From the NCBI GenBank assembly GCA_039796295.1, contig JBDKJY010000011.1, forward strand, positions 93,157 through 157,156: a DNA stretch of 64,000 nucleotides, written 5' to 3'. The notes under the pieces are model-generated. The model saw only the letters and a program-made list of their open reading frames with translations. It was not told where the DNA came from and did no database searches. How positions within the stretch are numbered: the stretch's first letter is position 1; every line of letters starts with the position of its first letter. Below are positions 25,318 through 34,202 of the stretch, in pieces. Position numbers and translations under genes: made by a program. The DNA comes from Verrucomicrobiota bacterium (GTDB lineage: Bacteria > Verrucomicrobiota > Verrucomicrobiia > Limisphaerales > SXTU01).

Positions 25318-27312
25318 TTAGTGAGCGGGCGATTGAAGGAGTAGCTGCCACGCCAGCACGAGCACCACGCCGGCGGCGAAGAGGAAGGCGTAGGTTTGCA
25401 GGCTGCCGGTCTGCACGAGGCGCAGGGCGCGGCCAAACAGCTCGGTGGTGCCGTGTGTGCCACGCACGAGGAGGCCGGCGATAATCCAGCGGTCGAACCA
25501 GTCGGCGACCTTCGCGAGCGTCTCCTGCGTGACGGAGATGAACCACTCGTAAAGCTCGTCGAAGTAGAAGCGGTCGCGGGCCATCTTCGCGAGCACGCCG
25601 AGCTTGTCGGGCAGCGGGTCACGCCCGGCGTTGGTGTAGAGCGCGCGGGCAAGCTTGTAGCCGGCCACCACTGCCAGCAGGCCGAAGCCGGCGGCGAGGA
25701 TGTTGTGGTTGAACGGGGCGAAGAGGTTGTTCAGGAAGCCTTCGTTGTGCGGCGCGTGCTCGCTGGGCAGCGCCTTCGCAAGGTAGGCGTCAATACCCAC
25801 GGCTCCGGCCAGCAGCGTCGGCACGGCGAGCACGACGAGCGGCCAAGTCATCACGCCGGGCGATTCGTGCGCGTGGCTGGCTTCCTCGCTGCGGGCGTTG
25901 CCGCAGAAGGCGACCAGCACGAGGCGGCTCATGTAGAAGGTCGTCAGGCCCGCGACGAACACGCCGAGGACGAAGAGTGGAATGTTCCGGTGCGCCGGGT
26001 CCAGCGCGGCGGCGAGGATGGCGTCCTTGCTGAAGAAGCCGGCGAACGGCCACACGCCGCAGAGTGCGAGCGTGCCCCAGCGGAACGTCCACCAGGTGCG
26101 CGGCATCGCGTCGCGCAGGCCGCCCATCTTCCAGATGTTCTGCTCGTGGTGGCAGGCCAGAATCACCGAGCCAGCCCCGAGGAAGAGCAGCGCCTTGAAG
26201 GCCGCGTGCGTGGTGAGGTGGAACATTGCGGACTGCGGCGAGTGAAGTCCGACGGCCATCACCATGTAGCCGAGCTGCGAGAGCGTGGAGTAGGCGAGGA
26301 TGCGCTTGATGTCGTTTTGCTGGAGCGCCATGAGCGCGGCGAGCAGCGCGGTGAAGCCGCCAATCCACGCGATGAACTCCAGCGCGTGCGAGCCGGGAAT
26401 ATCGAGCAGGAAGAAGATGCGGCAAAGCATGAACACGCCAGCGGCGACCATCGTGGCGGCGTGAATCAGCGCGCTGACCGGCGTGGGGCCTTCCATTGCG
26501 TCCGGCAGCCAGACGTGCAGCGGGAACTGCGCGGACTTGCCCATCGCGCCCATGAAGAGCAGCAGGCCGACGAGCGTGACGAGGACGTTTGGGTGAACCA
26601 GCCACCAGTTCGTGGACTGGAAGATTTTCCCCAGCGGTTCAGCGAGCACGGAGAACCCGGCGGCTTTGTCGGCGAGCCGGCCGCCCAATTCAACAGCACT
26701 GGCCAGTTCGGTGAAGTTCACCGAGCCGAGCGCGGCCCACGTGAGAATGATGCCGAGGATGAAGCCGAAGTCGCCGACGCGGTTGGTGAGGAAGGCCTTC
26801 TTCGCGGCGTCCGCGGCGGAGTTCTTCTCGAACCAGAAGCCGATGAGCAGGTAGCTGCTCACGCCGACCAGCTCCCAAAACACGAACATCATGAAGAGGT
26901 TGTTCGCGAGCACGATGCCGAGCATCGAGAAGGTGAAGAGGCTCAGGCTGGCGAAGTAGCGGCTGTAGCTGCGGTCGCCGTGCAGGTAGCCGCGCGAGTA
27001 GATGTGAATCATCAGCCCGACGCCGGTGACGACGAGGAGCATGAGCTTTGAGAGTGGGTCGAGCAGCAGGCCGAAGGAGACTTTCAAGTCGCCAACGGAG
27101 AGCCAGTTGAAGTTCGTTTCAATGGCTTTGTCGCCAGCGAAGAAGAAGAGGCCGAGGCTCAGGATGAAGCCGAGGGCAATCGCGCCGATGGAGCGGTTTG
27201 CGGTGCGCTCCGGGTCGCGACAGGGGCAAGCCAGTGCGACCACCGCCGCCGCGAGCGGCAGGAGCAGAATCGTCAGCGCGGCGTAGCCGGCGGGGCTGAG
27301 AGTGGGTTCCAT
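25318..27312 (-). CDS. nuoL: NADH-quinone oxidoreductase subunit L
   Basis: 664-aa antiporter-like subunit with a long C-terminal extension. Confidence 0.85.
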   Translation of the reverse strand: MEPTLSPAGYAALTILLLPLAAAVVALACPCRDPERTANRSIGAIALGFILSLGLFFFAGDKAIETNFNWLSVGDLKVSFGLLLDPLSKLMLLVVTGVGLMIHIYSRGYLHGDRSYSRYFASLSLFTFSMLGIVLANNLFMMFVFWELVGVSSYLLIGFWFEKNSAADAAKKAFLTNRVGDFGFILGIILTWAALGSVNFTELASAVELGGRLADKAAGFSVLAEPLGKIFQSTNWWLVHPNVLVTLVGLLLFMGAMGKSAQFPLHVWLPDAMEGPTPVSALIHAATMVAAGVFMLCRIFFLLDIPGSHALEFIAWIGGFTALLAALMALQQNDIKRILAYSTLSQLGYMVMAVGLHSPQSAMFHLTTHAAFKALLFLGAGSVILACHHEQNIWKMGGLRDAMPRTWWTFRWGTLALCGVWPFAGFFSKDAILAAALDPAHRNIPLFVLGVFVAGLTTFYMSRLVLVAFCGNARSEEASHAHESPGVMTWPLVVLAVPTLLAGAVGIDAYLAKALPSEHAPHNEGFLNNLFAPFNHNILAAGFGLLAVVAGYKLARALYTNAGRDPLPDKLGVLAKMARDRFYFDELYEWFISVTQETLAKVADWFDRWIIAGLLVRGTHGTTELFGRALRLVQTGSLQTYAFLFAAGVVLVLAWQLLLQSPAH

Positions 27313-27313
27313 G

Positions 27314-27619
27314 TCAGAGTTTCAGCGAGGTCAGGTCTTCCACGTGCGCGGACTGGCGCTTGCGGTAGAGCGCGACGATGAGCGCCAGGCCGACGGCAAC
27401 CTCCGCCGCCGCGACGGTGATGATGAAGAAGACCATCATCTGGCCGGTGAGGTTTTCGTTGAACCGCGAGAAGGCGACGAGCGCGAGGTTGGCGGCGTTG
27501 AGCATCAGCTCCAGCGACATGTAGATGACGAGGACGTTGCGCCGCAGGATGACGCCCAGCAGCCCGAGGCAGAAGAGCATCGCGCTGACGGTGAGGTAGT
27601 GTTCGAGGCCGACGTTCAT
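27314..27619 (-). CDS. nuoK: NADH-quinone oxidoreductase subunit K
   Basis: 101 aa, three TM helices. Motifs LMLNAANL and [10 protein letters not shown]. Confidence 0.85.
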   Translation of the reverse strand: MNVGLEHYLTVSAMLFCLGLLGVILRRNVLVIYMSLELMLNAANLALVAFSRFNENLTGQMMVFFIITVAAAEVAVGLALIVALYRKRQSAHVEDLTSLKL

Positions 27620-28128
27620 TTCAGCTCCTTCTTGCTCAGGAGAATCACGCCCACCATCGCCACGAGCAGGAGGACGGAGACGATTTCAAAGGGGAGGAGA
27701 AACTGGCCCTTGGTGAACAGTTCGAGGCCGAGCGCCTTGGTGTCGCCGATGACGCGCGGGTTGGCGGATTGGTTGAGGTCGCCGCCCCAGATGGTCTTGG
27801 TGAGGAGGAAGCCCAGGCCCATCACCGCGCCTGTGCCGGTGACGATGCCGAAGAGGTTTATCTTCCGGCGCTGCTCTTCTTTGAGGTCGAGCAGCATGAT
27901 TACGAAGAGGAAGAGCACCATCACCGCGCCCGCATAAACGAGGATTTGCACCGCCGCGAGGAAGAAGGCGTTGAGCAGCACGAAGAGGCCGGCCATCGCG
28001 CAGATGGTCAGCACTAGGAACATCGCGCTCGTGACCGGATTGCGGCTGAACGGATTGGCCACCACTAGCGCGCCGAAGAGGAGCGTCAGGAAGGCGAAGA
28101 GGTAGAAAAGAATGTCAGGCAAAACCAT
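27616..28128 (-). CDS. nuoJ: NADH-quinone oxidoreductase subunit J
   Basis: 170-aa hydrophobic protein. Stop overlaps the nuoK start. Confidence 0.8.
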   Translation of the reverse strand: MVLPDILFYLFAFLTLLFGALVVANPFSRNPVTSAMFLVLTICAMAGLFVLLNAFFLAAVQILVYAGAVMVLFLFVIMLLDLKEEQRRKINLFGIVTGTGAVMGLGFLLTKTIWGGDLNQSANPRVIGDTKALGLELFTKGQFLLPFEIVSVLLLVAMVGVILLSKKELK

Positions 28129-28132
28129 GCGC

Positions 28133-28702
28133 TTAATTCACTGGAACGTTCTTAAACAGAAACACTTTATCCACACCCTTCCATTTGATTTTGAACCGAA
28201 TGTCAACAGGTCCGGTCGGTATGCTCTCACCTTCGCTGTAGCATTCCGCGCAAATACCAGCTCGACCCTCTGGCGCACTCATCTGCCTCAGTTCATTGTG
28301 ATGTGGAAGATCTTCGAAGCCCATAGTTCCACCGCTTGTCCCCGAACCATCGAGGATTGATTTTCCGTCCACCAAAATATCCAGCTGATCCTGAGTTGAC
28401 ATGGAAACCTGTCCGAATGCGCCCTCTCTTGGGACTTCAAGCCAGAATGTAACCTTGAAAAAAGGTAGAGCAGATAACCTCTTGTGGTCCTCTGCCATCA
28501 CCCGATTGCGCCACGGGTCGTGTGGATCCGTGTAAATCGTGTGCCGTTCTAAACGAAGCAACACGACGCGCACTTCGCCCTGAGTTTGCTCTGGATTGAA
28601 TGCTGGGATGCTCTTTTGCTTTGCTGCCTGCGCAATCACAATTCCGGCGATGACAGCGACTGCAGCCATCAAGACGACGGTTGGTTTGAAGCGGATTTTC
28701 AT
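28133..28702 (-). CDS. Orphan single-pass membrane protein inserted between nuoI and nuoJ
   Basis: 189 aa. N-terminal hydrophobic anchor KPTVVLMAAVAVIAGIVIAQA. Visibly AT-richer than its flanks. 9-nt gap to the nuoI stop and 4-nt gap to the nuoJ start. No recognisable family. Confidence 0.7.
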   Translation of the reverse strand: MKIRFKPTVVLMAAVAVIAGIVIAQAAKQKSIPAFNPEQTQGEVRVVLLRLERHTIYTDPHDPWRNRVMAEDHKRLSALPFFKVTFWLEVPREGAFGQVSMSTQDQLDILVDGKSILDGSGTSGGTMGFEDLPHHNELRQMSAPEGRAGICAECYSEGESIPTGPVDIRFKIKWKGVDKVFLFKNVPVN

Positions 28703-28711
28703 GGTTGCGGG

Positions 28712-29269
28712 TTAAACCTTCACCGGGAAAGTTTCCTGCTCCTTCGCCTCGTTCTGCTTGTGCTTCCACTTCTGGATGCCGGGGTGCGTGCCGCCAAGGG
28801 CGAGGAGTTTCTCCTTGTCGTAAATCATCTCGCCGCGCGCGAGGCCGGTGAGCGAGAAGTCGCTCTTCAGGAAGATGGCTTCTTCCGGGCAGACTTCCTG
28901 GCACAGGCCGCAGAAGATGCAGCGGAGCATGTTGATTTCGAACTCCTCCGGCATCTTCTCCGCGTTGGTGCGGTCGGCGGGCTTGCCGTTCGGGCCGGGC
29001 GGCGTGATGCGGATGGCCTTGGGCGGACAGACGAATTCGCAGAGCTGGCAGGAGACGCACTTGGTCGCGCCGTCCTGGTCGCGCACGAGATACGGCGCGC
29101 CACGGTAGCCCGGCAGCACACGCGTCGGCTCCTCGGGATACTGCTGCGTGACGGGCGTCTTGGTGGTGAGGGTGTTGAGGAAATGGCGCGTGGTCACCTT
29201 CAGCCCGCCAATGATGGCCGGCAGATAGAGCCGCTCAAACCAAGTCAGTGCGTTGCGTTTGACAATCAT
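28712..29269 (-). CDS. nuoI: NADH-quinone oxidoreductase subunit I (2x 4Fe-4S)
   Basis: CVSCQLCEFVCP and CIFCGLCQEVCP ferredoxin motifs. Confidence 0.9.
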   Translation of the reverse strand: MIVKRNALTWFERLYLPAIIGGLKVTTRHFLNTLTTKTPVTQQYPEEPTRVLPGYRGAPYLVRDQDGATKCVSCQLCEFVCPPKAIRITPPGPNGKPADRTNAEKMPEEFEINMLRCIFCGLCQEVCPEEAIFLKSDFSLTGLARGEMIYDKEKLLALGGTHPGIQKWKHKQNEAKEQETFPVKV

Positions 29270-29282
29270 GGTCGCGCGTCGG

Positions 29283-30425
29283 TCAACGGTTCGTCAGGGC
29301 CAGCACGGCGGCGGTTAAGATGATGTTTGCCAGCGCCAGCGGAATCATCCGCCGCCAGCCGAGGTCCATCAACTGGTCGTAGCGGAAGCGTGGGAGCATC
29401 CAGCGAATCCACATGAAGATGAACATGAACGTAAGCATCTTCCCCATGAAGATGCCGATGTGCAGCAGGCCCTTGAACCACTCGCCCGCCTCGGGCGCGA
29501 CGTCGAGGCCGAGGATCGGCAGCGTCCACCCACCGAAGAACAGCGTCGTCATCATCGCCGCGCCAGCGAACATGTTCGCGTATTCGCCGATGAAGAACAT
29601 GCCGAACTTCATCGAGCTGTATTCCGTGTGATAGCCGCTGACGAGTTCGGACTCGGACTCCGCCATGTCGAAGGGCAGGCGGTTCGTTTCCGCGAGGGCT
29701 GAGATGAAGAAAATCACGAAGGACACCACGCCGCACGGGACGAGCAACCATTGTTGCAAGCCAAAGCCGCCACCAACGACCGGGAAGACGTTCCAGCCGT
29801 TCTGCGCCTGGTGTTCGATGATTTTGCCGAGGTTCAGGTCGCCGACGACGAGGAACACCGGGATGACGCTCATGCCCATTGCGATTTCGTAGGAAATCAT
29901 CTGCGCGCTGGCGCGGATGCCGCCGAGGAAGGGGAACTTCGAGTTCGCCGCATAGCCCGCCAGCACGATGCCATACACGCCGAGCGACACGATGCCGAAC
30001 GTGTAGAGGATGCCGACGTTCAGGTCCGCGATGACCATCTTCTGCGCGCCGAGCGTGGAGCCGAACGGAATCACCGCGATGACGAGGAACGCCGGCACGA
30101 GCGAGATGGCGGGCGCGAGCCAGAAGTAAATCTTCCGCACGTGCGCCGGGGTGAAGTCTTCCTTGATGAAGCTCTTCACGCCGTCCACGAGCGGATGCCA
30201 GAAGCCGAGCTTGGTGAGGAACGGCCCGAGCACCGGAATGCTGCCGATGAACGGGAGGTTCACGCGGTTCGGCCCGACGCGGTCCTGGATGAGTGCGGAG
30301 ACCTTGCGCTCCGCCAGCACCGCGTAGGCGACGAGCGTCAGCAGCGGCCCCAGCACGCACGCGATCTTCAGCAGCGTGAAGAACACGAACTGCGTTTGCG
30401 GACTTAATGAATCAAGCCAGGCCAT
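29283..30425 (-). CDS. nuoH: NADH-quinone oxidoreductase subunit H
   Basis: 380-aa polytopic protein. AESESELVSGYHTEYSSMKFGMFFIGEY. Confidence 0.9.
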   Translation of the reverse strand: MAWLDSLSPQTQFVFFTLLKIACVLGPLLTLVAYAVLAERKVSALIQDRVGPNRVNLPFIGSIPVLGPFLTKLGFWHPLVDGVKSFIKEDFTPAHVRKIYFWLAPAISLVPAFLVIAVIPFGSTLGAQKMVIADLNVGILYTFGIVSLGVYGIVLAGYAANSKFPFLGGIRASAQMISYEIAMGMSVIPVFLVVGDLNLGKIIEHQAQNGWNVFPVVGGGFGLQQWLLVPCGVVSFVIFFISALAETNRLPFDMAESESELVSGYHTEYSSMKFGMFFIGEYANMFAGAAMMTTLFFGGWTLPILGLDVAPEAGEWFKGLLHIGIFMGKMLTFMFIFMWIRWMLPRFRYDQLMDLGWRRMIPLALANIILTAAVLALTNR

Positions 30426-30432
30426 GGAAAAA

Positions 30433-32181
30433 CTAGATTTGCACCGTCACACCCGTGTCGCCGAGCTTCGCCCACTCCAGCCCCGCGAAGCCGGGGACTT
30501 CGCGCGCCATCTGGTTGAACAGCCCTTCGATGGTCGAGAAGCCGTTCTGGCCGGTGACGTTGTGGACCAGCTCGTGCAGGAATTCCCACTCGGGCCGGGC
30601 GTAGCCGGGGGCCTCGACGGCCTTCATGAACTTTTGCACGCGGCCCTTCACGCTCACAAACGTGCCGCGCTTCTCGACGTGCGCGCAGCCGGGCAGAACG
30701 AAGTGCGCGGCGGCGGTCGTCGCGTTCGGGAGGATGTCGCTGACGATGAGCGTGTCGAGCTTCGCGAGCAGGTCCGCGCCGATGCCGTGCTTGGTCACGT
30801 CCTCGCCGAAGACGATGAGCGTGCGGATGCTGCCGTTGCGGATGCCGTCGGCAATCTTCGCGAGGTTCGCGCCGAGCTGCGGGCCGGCGATGCCGGTGAG
30901 CCGCGCGCCGTTGGAGTTCGGGTTCTTGTCCGCGTTGACGAGGAGTTTGTCGCCCTCGCCGGTGCGGGCGACGGAGTCGGTCAGCGCGTTGAACTTCTTC
31001 GCTAGCTTGGCCAGGAGCCAGAGTTCTTCCGTCGTCTGCCGTGCGCTGGCGATGACGGCCACGCTGCCGTTCGGAGCAGAGCCGAGTTTGGCGGAAATGG
31101 CTTTGAGAGCAGTCGGCCAGGCGACTTCCAACATCCCGCGTTCCGCAATCCGCATTCCACATTTCTGGAGCCGGTCCGCGCGGCCAATCCACTTGTAGTT
31201 TAAGCGGCCCGAATCGCACATCCACGTCGAGTTCACCGCGTCGTTCTGGCGCGGCTCATAGCGATAGACCTGCTCCTCGCGCGACCCGACGACAATGTTG
31301 CAGCCGGTGCCACAGCTCGTGCAGATGGACTTCGTCTCCTTCATGAACCACACGCGCATCTGGAAGCGGAAGTCCTTCGACGTGAGCGCGCCCACCGGAC
31401 AGATGTCCACGGTGTTGAGCGTGTAGTTGTTGTCGAACTTTCCCTCGGCCCACGCGGCAATGGTGTTGTAGCTGCCGCGATTGACGATGCCGAGCGCGTC
31501 GTCGCCGGCGATGTCCTTCGTGAAGCGGATGCAGCGGGTGCAGAGCACGCAGCGCTCGTCATCGAGCACGATGCGCGGCCCGAGGTCCACGGCCTTGGGC
31601 TTGTGAACCTTCGCCTCGACGAAGCGGCTCTGCGCCTGGCCGTGCTCGACGGAGTATTCCTGCAACTTGCATTCGCCGGCTTGGTCGCAGATGGGGCAGT
31701 CGAGCGGGTGGTTGATGAGCAGCGATTCCAGCACCGCTTCGCGCATCTGCTTGGTCGCGGGCGAATTCGGGTAAATCTCCATGCCCGGCGAAATGGGCGT
31801 GGCGCACGCGATGGCTCCGCGCGGCGTGGTCGGCTCGTAGGGCAGCACGGACTTCGCAATCTTCGGGGTGCCGTCCTCGTTCAGCACCGGCTTGCGGTCC
31901 GGTCCCATCTGCGGCGTGCCGAACTCGACGAGGCACATGCGGCAGTTACCGGCGATGGGGAGCTTCGGGTGGTAGCAGTAATGCGGCACCTCGTGCGCTG
32001 CGAGCTGGCAGGCCTGGAGCATCGTGGTCGGCTGCGGCTTGCCCTGCCAGTCGGGCATCATCTTCGGCACCTCGATTTCGCGCCCGTCCACCTTAATTTT
32101 GATTTTGTCGGAGGGCGGCGGCGGAGCCGGCGCTGCGGCGGGCGCGGCGGGCTTGGCTTCAGTTGTCGCGGGGGCGGACAT
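30433..32181 (-). CDS. nuoG: NADH-quinone oxidoreductase subunit G (short form)
   Basis: Cys clusters CYHPKLPIAGNCRMCLVE, HPLDCPICDQAGECKLQ, CVLCTRCIRF. Confidence 0.85.
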   Translation of the reverse strand: MSAPATTEAKPAAPAAAPAPPPPSDKIKIKVDGREIEVPKMMPDWQGKPQPTTMLQACQLAAHEVPHYCYHPKLPIAGNCRMCLVEFGTPQMGPDRKPVLNEDGTPKIAKSVLPYEPTTPRGAIACATPISPGMEIYPNSPATKQMREAVLESLLINHPLDCPICDQAGECKLQEYSVEHGQAQSRFVEAKVHKPKAVDLGPRIVLDDERCVLCTRCIRFTKDIAGDDALGIVNRGSYNTIAAWAEGKFDNNYTLNTVDICPVGALTSKDFRFQMRVWFMKETKSICTSCGTGCNIVVGSREEQVYRYEPRQNDAVNSTWMCDSGRLNYKWIGRADRLQKCGMRIAERGMLEVAWPTALKAISAKLGSAPNGSVAVIASARQTTEELWLLAKLAKKFNALTDSVARTGEGDKLLVNADKNPNSNGARLTGIAGPQLGANLAKIADGIRNGSIRTLIVFGEDVTKHGIGADLLAKLDTLIVSDILPNATTAAAHFVLPGCAHVEKRGTFVSVKGRVQKFMKAVEAPGYARPEWEFLHELVHNVTGQNGFSTIEGLFNQMAREVPGFAGLEWAKLGDTGVTVQI

Positions 32182-32186
32182 GGAAA

Positions 32187-33581
32187 TCAGTGTTTGGCGG
32201 CGGCGGCGTTTCTCGCTTCATCTGCCGCGCCCTTTGCCTCGAAATCGTCTTTGAACTTCTTCACGTAGCTCAAGACCGGCCAGGCGCAGGCCTCGCCGAA
32301 GGCGCAGATGGTGCGGCCCTGGATGTTCTGCGCGATGTGCAGCAGGTAGTCAGCGTCAGCCTTGCGGCCGTGGCCGTGGGTGAGGCGGTGGAGGGCTTTG
32401 CTCATCCAGAGCGAGCCTTCGCGGCAGGGCGTGCATTGTCCGCAACTCTCGTGGGCGTAGAACTCGGCGAGGTTCGCGAGCGCCGCGACGATGTCGCGCG
32501 TGTCGTCGAGCACGATGATGGCGCCGGACCCGGACATGGTGCCGGCGGCCATGAGGGAATCGAAGTCGTAGGGCAGGTGGAGGAGCGGCACGTCCACTTT
32601 GGTCATCTGACCGTCCGCGCCCTTACGGTTGAGTTTGAAGGTCTCGCCGGCTTTGAGGATTTTCGAGGACGAGCCGCCGGGGATGATGGCCTTGAGCTTG
32701 CGGCCGTCGCGCAGACCGCCGCCGAACGCGGGGTCGTTGATGAGTTCGCCGATGGTGACTTTGCCGACCTCGATTTCAAAGTAACCGGGGCGCTTCACGT
32801 CGCCGCTGAGGCTGACGATGCGGGTGCCGGTGTTGTTGGGCGTGCCGAGCTTCGCGTATTCGCCGGGACCCATGTTCACGATGTGCTTCACGTGGCATAG
32901 GGTCTCCACGTTGTTTACGATGGTCGGGCACATGTAGAGGCCCAGCACGGCGGGGAAGTAGGGCGGCTTGATGCGCGGGTAGGCGCGCTTGCCTTCGAGC
33001 GACTCGATGAGTCCGGTCTCCTCGCCGCAGATGTAGGCACCCGCGCCGCGATGGACGTAAATCTCCAGGTCGTAGCCTGAGCCAAGGATGTTCTTGCCGA
33101 GGAAGTTCTTCGCGCGCGCCTCATCGAGGGCCTTGTTCAGTAGCTTCGCGCCCTGCGGCATCTCGCCGCGGATGTAGAGGTAGGCGAGCTTCACGTCGTT
33201 CGCCCAGCAGGAGAGAATCATCCCCTCGATGAGCTGGTGCGGGTCTTTGTGGATGATTTGGCGGTCCTTGAACGTGCCCGGCTCGGACTCGTCGGCGTTG
33301 CAGATAAGGTAGATGGGCTTGCCACTCCGGCGGTCCACAAGCGACCACTTGATGCCCGCACTGAAGCCCGCGCCGCCGCGACCACGCAGCCCGGAGGCCT
33401 TCACGTCCTCGCGCACCTGCTCTTGCGGGGACATTTTCTTGCCGTCAGGCAAGTCCTTTGGCGCGAGGGCGAGCACCTTCTTGAGCGCGTCGTAGCCGCC
33501 GTGGCGGAGGTAGCACTCGAGGTCCGGCGTGTAACCGGGCTGGTCGGCGTGCTTGAGAATTAGGCGGTGTTCCTGGGGCAT
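32187..33581 (-). CDS. nuoF: NADH-quinone oxidoreductase subunit F
   Basis: GLRGRGGAGF, CNADESEPGTFKDR, ESCGQCTPCREG. Confidence 0.9.
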   Translation of the reverse strand: MPQEHRLILKHADQPGYTPDLECYLRHGGYDALKKVLALAPKDLPDGKKMSPQEQVREDVKASGLRGRGGAGFSAGIKWSLVDRRSGKPIYLICNADESEPGTFKDRQIIHKDPHQLIEGMILSCWANDVKLAYLYIRGEMPQGAKLLNKALDEARAKNFLGKNILGSGYDLEIYVHRGAGAYICGEETGLIESLEGKRAYPRIKPPYFPAVLGLYMCPTIVNNVETLCHVKHIVNMGPGEYAKLGTPNNTGTRIVSLSGDVKRPGYFEIEVGKVTIGELINDPAFGGGLRDGRKLKAIIPGGSSSKILKAGETFKLNRKGADGQMTKVDVPLLHLPYDFDSLMAAGTMSGSGAIIVLDDTRDIVAALANLAEFYAHESCGQCTPCREGSLWMSKALHRLTHGHGRKADADYLLHIAQNIQGRTICAFGEACAWPVLSYVKKFKDDFEAKGAADEARNAAAAKH

Positions 33582-33587
33582 GGCGGC

Positions 33588-33615
33588 TTGACTCTCAGTT
33601 TGAATTCCCTACCGT
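33588..33615 (+). promoter_or_regulatory. Candidate sigma70-type promoter for the tRNA-Gln gene
   Basis: TTGACT (33588-33593), N16, TACCGT (33610-33615), about 17 nt upstream of the tRNA 5' end. The -10 is weak (T1, A2, T6 only). It overlaps the nuoF translation-start region on the other strand. Confidence 0.25.
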
Positions 33616-33631
33616 CACGCCCGCTACGGCC

Positions 33632-33705
33632 TGCCCGATGGTGTAATGGTAGCACAACAGTCTCTGAATCTGTTTGTCATGGTTCAAATCCATGTCGGGC
33701 AACCA
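33632..33705 (+). tRNA. tRNA-Gln (anticodon CUG), CCA encoded
   Basis: Cloverleaf read by hand:
- acceptor TGCCCGA/TCGGGCA
- D arm GTGT-AATGGTA-GCAC
- anticodon arm ACAGT-CTCTGAA-TCTGT (one U-U at 31:39)
- variable TTGT
- T arm CATGG-TTCAAAT-CCATG
- discriminator A, CCA; U1:A72 as typical for tRNA-Gln. Confidence 0.85.
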
Positions 33706-33710
33706 AGGCT

Positions 33711-34202
33711 TCATTTCGACTTCCCCTTCGCAAGGATTTCGTCCGCCTGCGCGGGCGTCACCTTCGGTAGCAAGTCCTCGTTCAGCAGCACCACCGGCGC
33801 GTTGCCGCAGTCGGCGAGGCACTCGACGAACTCGACGGTGAACTTCCCGTCCGGCGTGGTCTGGGGCGCGTGCTTGTGGGCGTCGAGGCCGAGCTTCGAG
33901 CAGAAGTGGGTGCGCAGTTCGCCGCTGCCGGCCAGCGCGCAGCTCAAGGTGCGGCAGACCTTGATGTGCGTCTTGCCCAGCGGCTCCTGCCGGAACATCG
34001 GGTAGAACGTGACCAGCTCGTAAACGTTGATGGGCTGGAGGCCGAGCTTCCGCGCGGTCCACTCCACGGCGTCGCGCGAGATGTAGCCGAAGTGCTCCTG
34101 CAACGCGTGCAGGAACATGAGCGACGCGCTCCGCTTCTGCGGGTAGCGCGTGACCAGCTCGTCGAGCTGGGCTTCCAAGTTGGCGGGGACGGCGAAAGTC
34201 AT
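33711..34202 (-). CDS. nuoE: NADH-quinone oxidoreductase subunit E
   Basis: 2Fe-2S Cys pattern VCRTLSCALAG ... VECLADCGNAP. Confidence 0.9.
   Translation of the reverse strand: MTFAVPANLEAQLDELVTRYPQKRSASLMFLHALQEHFGYISRDAVEWTARKLGLQPINVYELVTFYPMFRQEPLGKTHIKVCRTLSCALAGSGELRTHFCSKLGLDAHKHAPQTTPDGKFTVEFVECLADCGNAPVVLLNEDLLPKVTPAQADEILAKGKSK

Noticed and set aside
22638-32900. Many plus-strand ORFs across the nuo operon (for example 23629..24666, 25396..27051, 28586..29323, 29751..30407, 32163..32900)
   Set aside because: They are antisense to unmistakable nuo subunits and have a charged low-complexity composition.
33632-33705. tRNA-Gln as an integration site of a genomic island
   Set aside because: I looked for an integrase, a duplicated tRNA 3' end or a composition shift adjacent to the tRNA and found none. 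The AT-richer orphan gene is 5 kb away and is separated from the tRNA by nuoF, nuoG, nuoH and nuoI.
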